This document shows, piece by piece, positions 20,111-29,776 of a DNA stretch of 64,000 nucleotides. The notes under the pieces are model-generated. The model did not search any database. It was not told the origin of the DNA and was given only the letters and a program-made list of their open reading frames with translations. The number at the start of each line of letters is the position of its first letter. Position 1 is the stretch's first letter. The stretch comes from an uncultured Trueperaceae bacterium. GTDB taxonomy: Bacteria > Deinococcota > Deinococci > Deinococcales > Trueperaceae. The position numbers were made by a program, and so were the translations under genes. Location: positions 128,001 to 192,000 of the forward strand of contig CAWCXJ010000007.1 of NCBI GenBank assembly GCA_963799485.1, in the 5' to 3' direction.

Positions 20111-20809
20111 TCAGGCAGGAACGGCTTCGCGTTTGTCCGCGCCGACGATGCGCCCGTCTTCCATCGTGAGCGTGCGCGTCACATGTTCCAACAGCCTTGG
20201 GTCGTGCGTTGAAAAAACGAACGTCACACCTTTCGCTGTGTTCAAACGTTTCATCAGTTGGGTGAGCTGCCCGCCCGCTTGGCTGTCTAGGTTCGCGGTG
20301 GGCTCATCTGCCAAGATGATGTCGGGTTCGGCAGCGAACGCTCGAGCGACCGCGACCCGCTGCTGCTGTCCACCCGAAAGCTGGTTGGGTTTACGGTCGG
20401 CGAATTCTTCTATGCCCAGCGCTTTAAGAGACTCCCTGGCCTTCGCTTCACGTTTCTTTTTACCGACGCCCTGAAGCTCCAGGACAAACGCGGCGTTTTC
20501 CAACGCCGTCAATACCGGAATCAGGTTGTACGCCTGAAAAACGAAACCGAGGTGCCCCAACCTCAAGGCCGCGCTCGCCTGTTTACTGAGCCGGTCGATA
20601 CGCGTGCCGTTTAGGTAAACCTCGCCTGAGGTCGGCGTATCAAGGCCGCCCATCAGGTGCAGAAGCGTGCTTTTACCGCTCCCCGAAGGCCCGGCAATTG
20701 CCGTAAACTCGCCCCGTTCGACGCTCAGGTCAACGCCTCTAAGCGCGTCGGTTTTAACCTCACCGATTTGATAGGTTTTCGTCAGGTTTTTAACTTCAAA
20801 GAGCGACAT
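20111..20809 (-). CDS. LolD/MacB-type ABC ATP-binding protein
   Basis: GPSGSGKST, LSGGQQQRVAVARA, DEPTANLD. Confidence 0.93.
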   Translation of the reverse strand: MSLFEVKNLTKTYQIGEVKTDALRGVDLSVERGEFTAIAGPSGSGKSTLLHLMGGLDTPTSGEVYLNGTRIDRLSKQASAALRLGHLGFVFQAYNLIPVLTALENAAFVLELQGVGKKKREAKARESLKALGIEEFADRKPNQLSGGQQQRVAVARAFAAEPDIILADEPTANLDSQAGGQLTQLMKRLNTAKGVTFVFSTHDPRLLEHVTRTLTMEDGRIVGADKREAVPA

Positions 20810-20833
20810 GGTAGAGCCTTTCAGTTGCCCTCA

Positions 20834-22060
20834 TCACGCGGTGTAGCGCATCGCCTCGGCGGGTTCGATGTTCGCCGCCATCCGTGCGGGGCCGAGCGCC
20901 GCAAAAAAGGCCGTCAAAACGGCGAAGCCCACCGCCAACAGCACTTGCCACGGTTCAATCGACAGGTAAAAAATGCCGGGTAGTCCGACCTCTGCCAAAA
21001 TCTCCTCGGCGTAGCCCGGAAACCGAAACCCGTCTGCGCCGAGCGCCACAAGTCCCAGACCGAGCGACAAGCCAATGAGTGCACCGGTGACGCACATGAG
21101 GAGGCTCTCGAGCGTCACCATCCCCATCACCTGCCGCCCTCTGGCCCCTAAACTCAAGATGACCCCGAACTCACGGACGCGCTCTAGAGTACTCAGATAA
21201 ACGGTATTCAAAACGAGCAGACCCGCCAGCACGAAGAAGATGAGTGACATCACAACCATCGTCGGGGCGATAAAGTTGAGCATTCCCGCCAAACCGGGGT
21301 CGAGTTGCCGCCACGCTTCGACCTCTATACCGGAACCTACGCGCCGGAGCGCGTTTAAGTCGGGCGCGATGAGATTGTCCTCGGCGACTGTGTTGACGTC
21401 GGGGTAGTGCAGCTCGAGCCTGCTGAGCCCGTCTGGTGCCGCAAGTTCTTGCGCCGCCGGCAGTGACAAGTAAGCCGCGCCGATTTCACGGTTGGGGTCG
21501 CTGAACTCGAGCAAACCCTGAACCGTATAGGCCGCTGCGCCGTAACCGTCGGTACCGGGGGCGTAGACGTACACGTCGTCACCCAAACCGACTTTGAGCG
21601 CCGTTGCCAAAGACCGACCGAGCATGATGCCCGTGACGTTATTGCCGTCAACAAACGACCCTTCGGCGAGGTAATCGGTTACGAAGTCCTTTTTCAACAG
21701 CTCAGGCCAGTCTTGAGCTTGCACCGCCAACCCACGCGAACGCGCTTCCCCGGCGACCAGCGCGGGAATCTGTAACGAGCCGACGACGACCGCGTTCGGC
21801 GCAGTTTGCGCGACTGTCGCCCTGACCTCAGCAGCATTTTTCAGGAGTCCGTCGTTAAAGTCGTAAGCGTCCCGGTAGCCTGCCGTGTGAAGCTGGGCGT
21901 TGCCGACCTCTTTCGTCAGGTCACCGTACATCCCGTTGGTAACCGCGCCGCCCAAGCTGTACATCACCACCGCAAAAAGCACGACGACCGCGACTGCCAA
22001 GAGCGAAATCAGGCTGCGCCGCCCCTGCCGCCAGAGGTTGCGCCAGGCGAGCGCGATCAT
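20834..22060 (-). CDS. LolC/E/FtsX-like ABC permease
   Basis: LAWRNLWRQGRRS, ERVREFGVILSLG, C-terminal EPAEAMR. Confidence 0.88.
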   Translation of the reverse strand: MIALAWRNLWRQGRRSLISLLAVAVVVLFAVVMYSLGGAVTNGMYGDLTKEVGNAQLHTAGYRDAYDFNDGLLKNAAEVRATVAQTAPNAVVVGSLQIPALVAGEARSRGLAVQAQDWPELLKKDFVTDYLAEGSFVDGNNVTGIMLGRSLATALKVGLGDDVYVYAPGTDGYGAAAYTVQGLLEFSDPNREIGAAYLSLPAAQELAAPDGLSRLELHYPDVNTVAEDNLIAPDLNALRRVGSGIEVEAWRQLDPGLAGMLNFIAPTMVVMSLIFFVLAGLLVLNTVYLSTLERVREFGVILSLGARGRQVMGMVTLESLLMCVTGALIGLSLGLGLVALGADGFRFPGYAEEILAEVGLPGIFYLSIEPWQVLLAVGFAVLTAFFAALGPARMAANIEPAEAMRYTA

Positions 22061-22794
22061 TTACAAACGCCTTCACGCTCGAGCGCATTCTGCGAAAAAC
22101 ACGCTGCGGGAATCGCCACGCCAAACTCGGCGTCTTGCCAGGTCACGACCGTCGTGTTGCCTTCAGTGAGCAAGTCTCTAACTTCAAACCTTTGCGGGAT
22201 ATAAAGCCCGTCAACCTCGGCGTAGTCCGACAAGATGTTTTCTTTTACGGCGTTGCCGCGCTGGTCGAAGTAGGTGATTTGGGTGGGCGCATAAGAAGGT
22301 TTTACGGCGGTCAGCTCGAGCTTGCCGTAAGGCGTCGGGGCGCTCGGGTTCGGGGTGAGTTCCAACGTAACGCTTTCCTCCGACTCCTCCAAGATGCGCG
22401 CCTGATAGTCTCGCCGCAGGTCGTCGCCCGCAAGGTCGTTGTAGGAAATGTCCGAACCCAAAAACGAATCGCTCCGACCGCTCGGCGGCAACCTGAGCAC
22501 GCGCCGTAAACGGGGGTTGTAGATAAACACGTTGTCGCCGTCATTCAGAAACGCTTGACCGGCGTCCCTGGGCGGGGCGATGACTCGGGTCAAGCCTTTC
22601 GCTTCACCTTCGCTGTAAATCCGCATGGTGTAGCTGTCTTCTTCATCCGGGCGGATGACCTGCATGTTCAGGGTGGCGGCTTGCGATTCGCCGCGTAAGT
22701 TACCGGTGATGGTATCCAAAATACCGGCAGCGTCTTCTTGGGCACTGGCGAGACCGAGCGCAAGGAAAACGAGGAATAGCTGGCTGAGTTTCAT
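22057..22794 (-). CDS. Outer membrane lipoprotein-sorting (LolA-like) protein
   Basis: Signal peptide, APPRDAGQAFL, SFLGSDISYND. Confidence 0.82.
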   Translation of the reverse strand: MKLSQLFLVFLALGLASAQEDAAGILDTITGNLRGESQAATLNMQVIRPDEEDSYTMRIYSEGEAKGLTRVIAPPRDAGQAFLNDGDNVFIYNPRLRRVLRLPPSGRSDSFLGSDISYNDLAGDDLRRDYQARILEESEESVTLELTPNPSAPTPYGKLELTAVKPSYAPTQITYFDQRGNAVKENILSDYAEVDGLYIPQRFEVRDLLTEGNTTVVTWQDAEFGVAIPAACFSQNALEREGVCK

Positions 22795-22875
22795 GCGTCT
22801 CCTTTCGGGAAATCAGGAAGCAAGCAGCAGGTAAAAGCCTTCTTGATTCTTAATTCCTACTCCTTGCTTCGGCCC

Positions 22876-24102
22876 TCACGTCGCCCGCATCGCTTCCGAG
22901 GGGTTGAGGTTGCGAACACGTTTACCGGGAACGGTAACAGCCAACACAGCGGCAATCACGATGGTCATCGCGGCCCACGCGAGGTACGCGAGGCTCGAGG
23001 CAAACACGAACCGGTCGCTGATGGCGAGCCCTGACAAGTAACGCCCGTAAAAACTGTTGATAAACGGCCCCATCAGGTTCGTGGCGCTCATGACAAACGT
23101 CAGGGCGTAACCCAAAACCGCGCCGAGTGCGAAACCGATAAAGGTGGTGTAGACGGCCTCGAGCGTGACCATCCGGGCAAGCTGGTGCTGACTCAGTCCC
23201 AGCGAGGTCATCACCCCGAACTCCCGCGTGCGCTCGATGACGCTGACGATAACCGTACTCATCACCGTGACGGCGGCGAACAGGGCGATTATCACGACGA
23301 TGGGAATCATCGAGGCGCGTTTGTCTTCGATACCCGCCATAATGCCGCCTAAAAGCTCGGTGATGGGATAAGCGGCCACGCCAGGCGGCAAGACCGACGC
23401 GGCATTGAGGTTTTTGGCGACGGTCTCCTCGTTGCCCTGCCGTACACCGAGCGCGACGCCCGTCGCTGTAGAAACGCCCGTAAGCATCCGCGCGTCGCCG
23501 ATATGAACCAAGCTGACACCCTCATCGACGGGCAAAACGTTGCTGTCGATCAGCCCGACAACCTTCAGCCCCAGCCCTTGTGAGCCGCCGACGGACTGGA
23601 CATCCAAGGCGAGGCGTTCACCGACGCGCACGTCGAGGTCTGCGGCGAGCGTTTTGCCGAGCACGATTTCGCCCGCGTTTTGGAGCATCCGGCCCTGCGT
23701 GACGTCACCGGGAATGTTGCTGACTTGCGGTTCCAACGCCGGGTTTACGCCGCGCACCTGCGCTCCGAGCGTGCGGTACGGCGAACGCAGCAGCGACTGA
23801 AACTCGAGCCTCGGCGCAACCCCGCGCACACCTTCGACCTGCAAGAGCGCGTCTTCAAAACGCAAGCTGTTCAGACTGTTTTCCGGGTCGGGGTCGGTGC
23901 GGTAAGCCTCGCTTTGCACCATTACGGGCGCGCTCAGGTAACGGGCCTGACCGCCCAACAGCACACCGACAAACCCGTCGTAGTACGCCCAGAAAAAGAT
24001 GATGGCGACCGTGGCGTAGGCGACGACGGCTAACAGGAGCTGGGTGCGGCGTTTATGCCGCCACAAATTACGCCAGGCGAGCTTAGAGATCGAGGTGTTC
24101 AT
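22876..24102 (-). CDS. LolC/E/FtsX-like ABC permease
   Basis: LAWRNLWRHKRRT, ERTREFGVMTSLG, NPSEAMR. Confidence 0.88.
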   Translation of the reverse strand: MNTSISKLAWRNLWRHKRRTQLLLAVVAYATVAIIFFWAYYDGFVGVLLGGQARYLSAPVMVQSEAYRTDPDPENSLNSLRFEDALLQVEGVRGVAPRLEFQSLLRSPYRTLGAQVRGVNPALEPQVSNIPGDVTQGRMLQNAGEIVLGKTLAADLDVRVGERLALDVQSVGGSQGLGLKVVGLIDSNVLPVDEGVSLVHIGDARMLTGVSTATGVALGVRQGNEETVAKNLNAASVLPPGVAAYPITELLGGIMAGIEDKRASMIPIVVIIALFAAVTVMSTVIVSVIERTREFGVMTSLGLSQHQLARMVTLEAVYTTFIGFALGAVLGYALTFVMSATNLMGPFINSFYGRYLSGLAISDRFVFASSLAYLAWAAMTIVIAAVLAVTVPGKRVRNLNPSEAMRAT

Positions 24103-24569
24103 CCCTGTTCCTTTCCTTTTTCTTCCCAGCGGGCAAAGATACCAGGCATCTCGCGTTCGTAAAAGGTGAGCATGTCGCGCATATCGCGTAAACCCCTCAT
24201 CACTTCGGGGTCGTCGCTGCCGAGTATCGCGAGCCCCCGTTCCGACAACCGCCGCAGCTGCGCGATCAACACGACTTGCTGCTTCGTCGCCTCGAACCAG
24301 GCGTTGGGACGGTTGCGAAAATAATCCTTGCGGTCTCCCGGTTTACGGCGGCGTTCAATCAGGCCCATCGTCGCAAGCGTCGTCGTCCCGCTGCTGACAG
24401 CGCCCCGGCTTGCTTGCAGCGTCTGCGCAAGTTGCTCGGCAGTCTGTTCGGGGGGGTCGGCGACGAGCAGCGCGCTCAGCACCCGTCCAGCGATACGGGG
24501 CATTCCGAACCCTTCCAACGCCATCGCCAGTTCCTCGAGGTACACTTGTTTTTCTGTATGTTCAGAAAT
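24099..24569 (-). CDS. GbsR/MarR-family transcriptional regulator; probable ATT start
   Basis: GMPRIAGRVL, LQASRGAVS, PGDRKDYF; AGGAGG lies 8 nt before an in-frame ATT at 24569 (alternative start GTG 24545). Confidence 0.85.
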   Translation of the reverse strand: MSEHTEKQVYLEELAMALEGFGMPRIAGRVLSALLVADPPEQTAEQLAQTLQASRGAVSSGTTTLATMGLIERRRKPGDRKDYFRNRPNAWFEATKQQVVLIAQLRRLSERGLAILGSDDPEVMRGLRDMRDMLTFYEREMPGIFARWEEKGKEQG

Positions 24570-24576
24570 AACTGAA
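24561..24576. promoter_or_regulatory. Inverted repeat TTCAG-N6-CTGAA, candidate autoregulatory operator
   Basis: TTCAGaaataaCTGAA overlapping the regulator's start region, downstream of its promoter. Confidence 0.55.
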
Positions 24577-24589
24577 ACCTCCTGCGGTG

Positions 24590-24618
24590 AATATAGTCCT
24601 TTTGGAGTTCTTAGTCAA
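24590..24618 (-). promoter_or_regulatory. Sigma70-type promoter of the MarR/exporter operon
   Basis: TTGACT-17 nt-TATATT on the minus strand. Confidence 0.75.
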
Positions 24619-24856
24619 TGCTAAAGGTTATGACCCATGTAGAAACTCAGCCGGTGTTAAAATGACCGGCCTTTTTGGTAAACTCGCAAACTTCAGCTGA
24701 CGCGGGTGTGTGCGTTACAAATCGGCGGCAAGACTCGCGGACGTACCGGCTACGCGGTTTTGGTCTCTCGCGCAACATACACATCCCTGCGGAGCTTGCC
24801 CTGTACAGCCGGCCTGAACTGTACCGCTGACATTTATATCACCCTGTAAGTAGCGC

Positions 24857-25825
24857 TCAGTCTGCCGCCATCCCGACGTTGTTTTTCTCCAAGGCCCGCT
24901 CTGCCCGGTACGAGGAGCGCACCAGCGGCCCCGACACGACCTCGAGAAAGCCTTTCTCGAGCCCAATTTTACGGTAACGGTTAAAGTCTTCGGGCGGCAC
25001 GTACCGCACGACCGGCAGGTGCGACGCGGTAGGGCGCAGGTATTGCCCGAAGGTCACGATATCGACACCGGCGGCCCGCAAATCGTCCATCGTTTCTAGA
25101 ATTTCTTCGTCGGTTTCACCTAGACCTAACATCAGGCTCGTTTTGGTCAGTACGCCCGGGCATGAGCTTTTAGCATACGTGAGAACGTCTAAGGTCTGGT
25201 CGTAGCCTGCACGCGGGTCACGCACCGGGTGGGTGAGGCGGCGGACGGTCTCGAGGTTTTGCGCGTAAACCTCTACACCGGCATCTAAAACGCGTTGTAC
25301 GTTTTCCGTCACGCCGCCGAAGTCGGGCGTCAGCGCCTCGACCGCTGTTTCCGGATTGACACGTTTGATTTCACGGATACACGCGGCGTAGTGCCCTGCG
25401 CCGCCGTCCGGCAGGTCGTCGCGGTCGACCGAGGTCAGCACGACGTACTTGAGGCCCATCAGCTGTACCGAACTCGCCGACAGACGCGGCTCGTCGGGGT
25501 CTAAGCGGCCTTTAGGGTTGCCGGTATCGACGGCGCAAAAACGGCAGGCGCGGGTACACACCGAACCCATCAGCATAATCGTCGCTGTGCCCGCGTTCCA
25601 GCACTCGCCGATATTCGGGCACATCGCCTCTTCGCAGACCGTCGATAAACGGTGTTCGCGCACGGTGCCTTTGACCTCGCTATATTTAGCGCCGGAGGGC
25701 AACGCGACCTTGAGCCAGTCCGGCTTGCGTTCTCGCGGCACATTTACGGCATCTTTACGAAACACGCCGTTCTTAACGACTTTGATGTCTGCCGGGGGAA
25801 GGTCGGGGGTTTTAGGTTGCGTCAC
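24857..25825 (-). CDS. lipA: Lipoyl synthase
   Basis: [25 protein letters not shown]. Confidence 0.97.
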   Translation of the reverse strand: MTQPKTPDLPPADIKVVKNGVFRKDAVNVPRERKPDWLKVALPSGAKYSEVKGTVREHRLSTVCEEAMCPNIGECWNAGTATIMLMGSVCTRACRFCAVDTGNPKGRLDPDEPRLSASSVQLMGLKYVVLTSVDRDDLPDGGAGHYAACIREIKRVNPETAVEALTPDFGGVTENVQRVLDAGVEVYAQNLETVRRLTHPVRDPRAGYDQTLDVLTYAKSSCPGVLTKTSLMLGLGETDEEILETMDDLRAAGVDIVTFGQYLRPTASHLPVVRYVPPEDFNRYRKIGLEKGFLEVVSGPLVRSSYRAERALEKNNVGMAAD

Positions 25826-26535
25826 TGTGTAACCTTGCTTTCTGTAACGGATACGCCGTCTTCTGCCGTGTGAGGCGTCAGCTCGAAAACGTCGGCAAAC
25901 GCCTTCAGCAGCTTGGGTTTGACCTCATCGAGTGTCACAGTACGGCCTAAAAGCCGGCTTAGACTCGTAACGCCTTTGTCCTGAATCCCGCACGGCACGA
26001 TGTAGGAAAAGTGCGACAAATCCGTCGAAACGTTCATGGCAAACCCGTGAAACGAGACGTTGCGTTTGATAGCGACGCCGATAGCGACGACTTTTTCGTC
26101 ACCGACCCAGACGCCTGCGTAACCGGGGCTGCCTTCACCCGCAACGCCGTATTCAGCCAAAATGCGCACCATCACGGCCTCGAGGTTCCGCAAATAACTC
26201 CGCACCGCCCGGCCTATGGGCAAAATCGGATAGCCCACCAACTGACCGGGGCCGTGATACGTTACGTCGCCGCCACGCTCGATGTCGTAAAGGCTAAACC
26301 CCTGCGCCGCGAGCACGGCAGGGTCGGCCAAGAGGTTCGCACGTCCGCCCTTTCTGCCGAACGTAATGACCGGCGGGTGTTCGACCAATAAGAGCGTCGG
26401 CGGGGTGCGCCCCTCGGCGACGGCGGCGTGGGTTTCTAACTGCACGTCCCAGGCGGCGCGGTAGTCGCGTCGGCCTAAATCACGGACGACAAGGTTACGG
26501 GCTTGTGGGTCACGTGCCGGAGCTGCTGTCGCCAT
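25822..26535 (-). CDS. lipB: Octanoyltransferase
   Basis: [32 protein letters not shown] 26535 lies 6 nt after TG-n-TACCAT. Confidence 0.95.
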   Translation of the reverse strand: MATAAPARDPQARNLVVRDLGRRDYRAAWDVQLETHAAVAEGRTPPTLLLVEHPPVITFGRKGGRANLLADPAVLAAQGFSLYDIERGGDVTYHGPGQLVGYPILPIGRAVRSYLRNLEAVMVRILAEYGVAGEGSPGYAGVWVGDEKVVAIGVAIKRNVSFHGFAMNVSTDLSHFSYIVPCGIQDKGVTSLSRLLGRTVTLDEVKPKLLKAFADVFELTPHTAEDGVSVTESKVTQ

Positions 26536-26606
26536 ACTTAAATGGTAACAGCTTTCGGCATTTTGCCCTGCACCCCAGCTGTCAGTTTTACGGGCGCGGG
26601 TCACTG

Positions 26607-27851
26607 TCAGAGGGTCTTGTCCAACGCTTCAATAAGCTGCGTTATATCACCCTCGCTCGTATAGTGAACGAACGACAACCGGAGCACGCCGTCACCGCCT
26701 ATCCCTAAAGCGTCCAGCAACCTTGCCGCGTAAAAGTGCCCGTAAGCGCACATGACGCCGCGCTCAGCCAACCTTTCGACCAGTTCAGCCGAAGAGCGAC
26801 CTTCAACAACCAAAGAAACCGTCGGAGCGCGGTTTTCCAGAGTTTTGGGGCCGATGATACGGACTTTAGGGTGAGCATTTAGGTAGTCCAACAGCGGTTC
26901 CAGCCGCGCCAACTCTGCGTTTCTGAAAAGGTCATGGACGGCTTTGGCTTTTACGGCGGCCTCGGCCTGTGTGTCGGCGTTCGCACCGTAATGATGCCCG
27001 TAAACTGCGCCAAAGTAGTCCGTTACACCCCGCGCCGCCGCAATCTGCGCGTGGTCCGGCCCCGCCGGGGTCAGGCGTTTGGTGGTATTGCCCTCATTAA
27101 AGTAGTGTCCCTGATTCGTCAGTTTTTGCGCTGTGCCCTCACGCACCACCATCACGCCCTGATGCGGCCCGTAAGTTTTATAGGTCGAAAAAAGGTAGAT
27201 ATCCGCGCCTAGCTCCCCTACGTCCGGGAAGCCGTGACCGGCGTAAGAGACGCCGTCTACAACCGTAACCGCGCCGACCTCGTGCGCGAGTTCGGCAACG
27301 TTACGGACCGGATTGATTTCACCGACGATGTTCGAGCAGTGCGGGAAGGCAACGATTTTGGTCTTTTCAGACAACAGCGTCTGCAAAGCCTCCAGGTGCA
27401 ACCTGCCCGCAGCGTCAACTTGCCACTCTTTAACGGTCACACCGTACGCTGCAAGACGCCGCCACGCGCCGCTGTTCGCCTCATGGTCTTGGTTGGTGAC
27501 GATGATTTCGTCGCCCGCCTTTAGATAGTCCCGAAACGCTTGCGCCAGGACGTAAATATTTTGCGTCGTCGAGGGGCCGAAGTACACCTCATCAGGTTGG
27601 ACACCCAAGTAGGCGGCAAAGCCGGGGTAGCTCGAGTCCATCTCTCTACCCGCTGCTTGCGAAACCGGATAACGGTGATGGGGCTGCACCTTCAGCTTCG
27701 TGTAAAAGTCGTGGAGCCTGCCGATAACCTGGGCGCAAGCATACGAACCGCCGGCGTTTTCAAAAAAAGCCTGTCCTGCAAGGCTGGGTTCACCAAATGC
27801 CGGAAACTGCTGCCGGACGAACGCCAAGTCTAACGCGCTGATAGCTGTCAT
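26607..27851 (-). CDS. PLP class V aminotransferase / cysteine desulfurase-like protein
   Basis: FFENAGGS, DHEAN, VDGVSYA, FSTYKTYGPH; GHFYA replaces the SufS GHHCA motif. Confidence 0.85.
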   Translation of the reverse strand: MTAISALDLAFVRQQFPAFGEPSLAGQAFFENAGGSYACAQVIGRLHDFYTKLKVQPHHRYPVSQAAGREMDSSYPGFAAYLGVQPDEVYFGPSTTQNIYVLAQAFRDYLKAGDEIIVTNQDHEANSGAWRRLAAYGVTVKEWQVDAAGRLHLEALQTLLSEKTKIVAFPHCSNIVGEINPVRNVAELAHEVGAVTVVDGVSYAGHGFPDVGELGADIYLFSTYKTYGPHQGVMVVREGTAQKLTNQGHYFNEGNTTKRLTPAGPDHAQIAAARGVTDYFGAVYGHHYGANADTQAEAAVKAKAVHDLFRNAELARLEPLLDYLNAHPKVRIIGPKTLENRAPTVSLVVEGRSSAELVERLAERGVMCAYGHFYAARLLDALGIGGDGVLRLSFVHYTSEGDITQLIEALDKTL

Positions 27852-27856
27852 ACCCT

Positions 27857-28126
27857 CTAAAGTATGCCAGAAAACCGGGACCGCAAGTAGGGTGCGCCGT
27901 TCACATCGACAACCGTACCGGTACTAGGTCTCCTCAAACGCAAGGCGTAAAATCGGATTCGGCTCCCTGAAGCCAAGGGGCAATCCGTAATAGGCGCTGC
28001 GTCCAACGGCGTTTTCAAGAAGACCTTGTGTGCGAAAAGCTGTACACTCACGACTTGTTGGGTGTCCAGTCCCAGGGTTGTCGGGTTCCGAGTTTGGGCT
28101 GGGGCGACCTGGGTTTGGTTTTGCAA
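27857..28126 (-). CDS. Possible hypothetical protein (89 aa)
   Basis: TTG start after GGAAAG; fills the gap and ends 5 nt before the next gene; no recognisable motif. Confidence 0.3.
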   Translation of the reverse strand: MQNQTQVAPAQTRNPTTLGLDTQQVVSVQLFAHKVFLKTPLDAAPITDCPLASGSRIRFYALRLRRPSTGTVVDVNGAPYLRSRFSGIL

Positions 28127-28237
28127 AAGTCTTTCCAGCGCTGGTAGCAGTGCAACATTGGTTTGGCAAAAAAACCGACCCTCCCGGTTTCAACACCTGT
28201 CGGCATGTCTTACGACCAATTCCGTGCCAACGACCGG

Positions 28238-28708
28238 TTAGATGATGCTCTCCAACTGCCGCACATGGTTGAGGTCGTGTCCGGCGAGTAGCCGCACCAT
28301 CAAATCGACCGAGAGCGGCCCCCGTTCAGGATGCGCGACCTCGGTAAGCCAGTCCTCGAGGCTAAACCCCGCGTAAAGTGCCAGGTTCCACGCCCGCAGT
28401 GCTTGAAAAGTTCCCAGCGCCAACGCCGGGTCGGTGCGCCCGTAGCGCGCTGCCCACACGTCTTGGTCGTAGGGTTGAGGCGCAACGTGGGCGACGGTCT
28501 GCCGGAGGCGAAAGCCGGCGGCGAGTTCGTTGTCGGCTAAGTGCGCCAGAATATGCCGCGCGTCCCATTTGCCGGGCGCGTAAGGGCAGTCTACGTCGTC
28601 CCCGAGTTGTAAAAGGATGGCCTCGAGCTTGACCGGCGTCGCCTCTAAAACCAAAATCGGTTCTTGGTCGCCGAGCAGCTCCAACATCCGCGCAACATAA
28701 GCGTTCAT
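28238..28708 (-). CDS. DinB/YfiT-family protein
   Basis: YAPGKW, HLADNE, AGHDLNH; leaderless TATAGT. Confidence 0.85.
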   Translation of the reverse strand: MNAYVARMLELLGDQEPILVLEATPVKLEAILLQLGDDVDCPYAPGKWDARHILAHLADNELAAGFRLRQTVAHVAPQPYDQDVWAARYGRTDPALALGTFQALRAWNLALYAGFSLEDWLTEVAHPERGPLSVDLMVRLLAGHDLNHVRQLESII

Positions 28709-28785
28709 CTCAAAACTATAACCGCAAAACTTACGAACGTCCGCTTCAGAACACCGGCCCTGACCCGGAGCGCTATAGTGGCTTT

Positions 28786-29100
28786 ATGGCAGATACTCCT
28801 GAAATCGGCGTCCACGAAGCCCAAACCCGCGTGCAAAACGGCGCACTCCTCCTCGACGTGCGCGAACAAAACGAATACGACGAGGAGCGCATCCCCGGCG
28901 CGCAGCTCTTGCCGCTTTCTGAACTGACGGCGCGTTTCGACGAATTGCCGCAAAACCGCGAGATTATCGCGCAGTGCCGGAGCGGAAAACGGAGCGCCCA
29001 AGCCACCGATTTTTTGCGGGCACAGGGGTATGACGTAACCAATATGGAAGGCGGGATTTTACGGTGGAAGGCTGAAAGTCTGCCGACCGACAAGGATTAG
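28786..29100 (+). CDS. Single-domain rhodanese (sulfurtransferase)
   Basis: LLDVRE, CRSGKRS active loop, NMEGGI; leaderless TATAGT. Confidence 0.92.
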   Translation: MADTPEIGVHEAQTRVQNGALLLDVREQNEYDEERIPGAQLLPLSELTARFDELPQNREIIAQCRSGKRSAQATDFLRAQGYDVTNMEGGILRWKAESLPTDKD

Positions 29101-29101
29101 C

Positions 29102-29736
29102 ATGATCAGGCTCGAGTCCCTCAACGTCGGCGAAGCCAAACCGCTTATCGTCGGTAATGAGGTTGTGCAAAGTGGAATCGTTAAAACACCAACGCAGTTT
29201 GCCGACTTGGGGTTAAACGGTTTTAGCGGCGACGCACAAGCCGACAAAAATCACGGTAGCCCCGACCAGGCCGCCTATATCTGCCGCACCGAAGATCATG
29301 CGTGGTGGCGTGAAAAGCCGGGAAAATTGACATCTGGAATATCCGGTGAAAATCTGACGATCTCAGGGTTGCCCGAAACCGTCCGCATCGGCGACCGTTT
29401 AGCGTTCGGCAACCTTCTTTTAGAGGTCACGGCGGCGCGTATCCCGTGCAGTAAACTCGCTGCGCGGATGAACGATGTGCATTTCGTCAAAACATTCACC
29501 GAAGTAGGGCGACCGGGTTTTTACGTCCGGGTTCTCCGGCAAGGCCGGGTGAATGTTGGCGACAACGCCGAGTACACGCCCAACCCGGACGCTGCGCCGA
29601 GCGTCTGTGAGACCTTCGCTGGTTTCTCGAGCCTGAAGCGGACGCCGAAAAGTTAGGGGCCGCGCTTAAGGCCCCGCTAGCAACCCGGTTACGCAAGCGG
29701 TTTGAAGAAAAGCTAGCGACCTTAGCTGAGCATTAG
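29102..29736 (+). pseudogene. YiiM-like MOSC + 3-alpha protein, frameshifted near 29619
   Basis: GENLT, RIPCSKL, GFYVRVL; frame stops at 29656, but the -1 frame continues WFLEPEADAEKLGAALKAPLATRLRKRFEEKLATLAEH to TAG 29736. Confidence 0.65.
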
Positions 29737-29776
29737 CGTGCCGTGGGTTTTCGCCCACAGCACCGTCCCCACACCC

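Noticed and set aside
24650..24676. GCCGGT..ACCGGC hairpin with a T tract on the plus strand suggesting an sRNA
   Set aside because: No convincing plus-strand promoter; may simply terminate lipA read-through
26607..27851. Calling this gene sufS/iscS
   Set aside because: It lacks the catalytic-loop Cys (GHFYA instead of GHHCA), so desulfurase activity is unsupported
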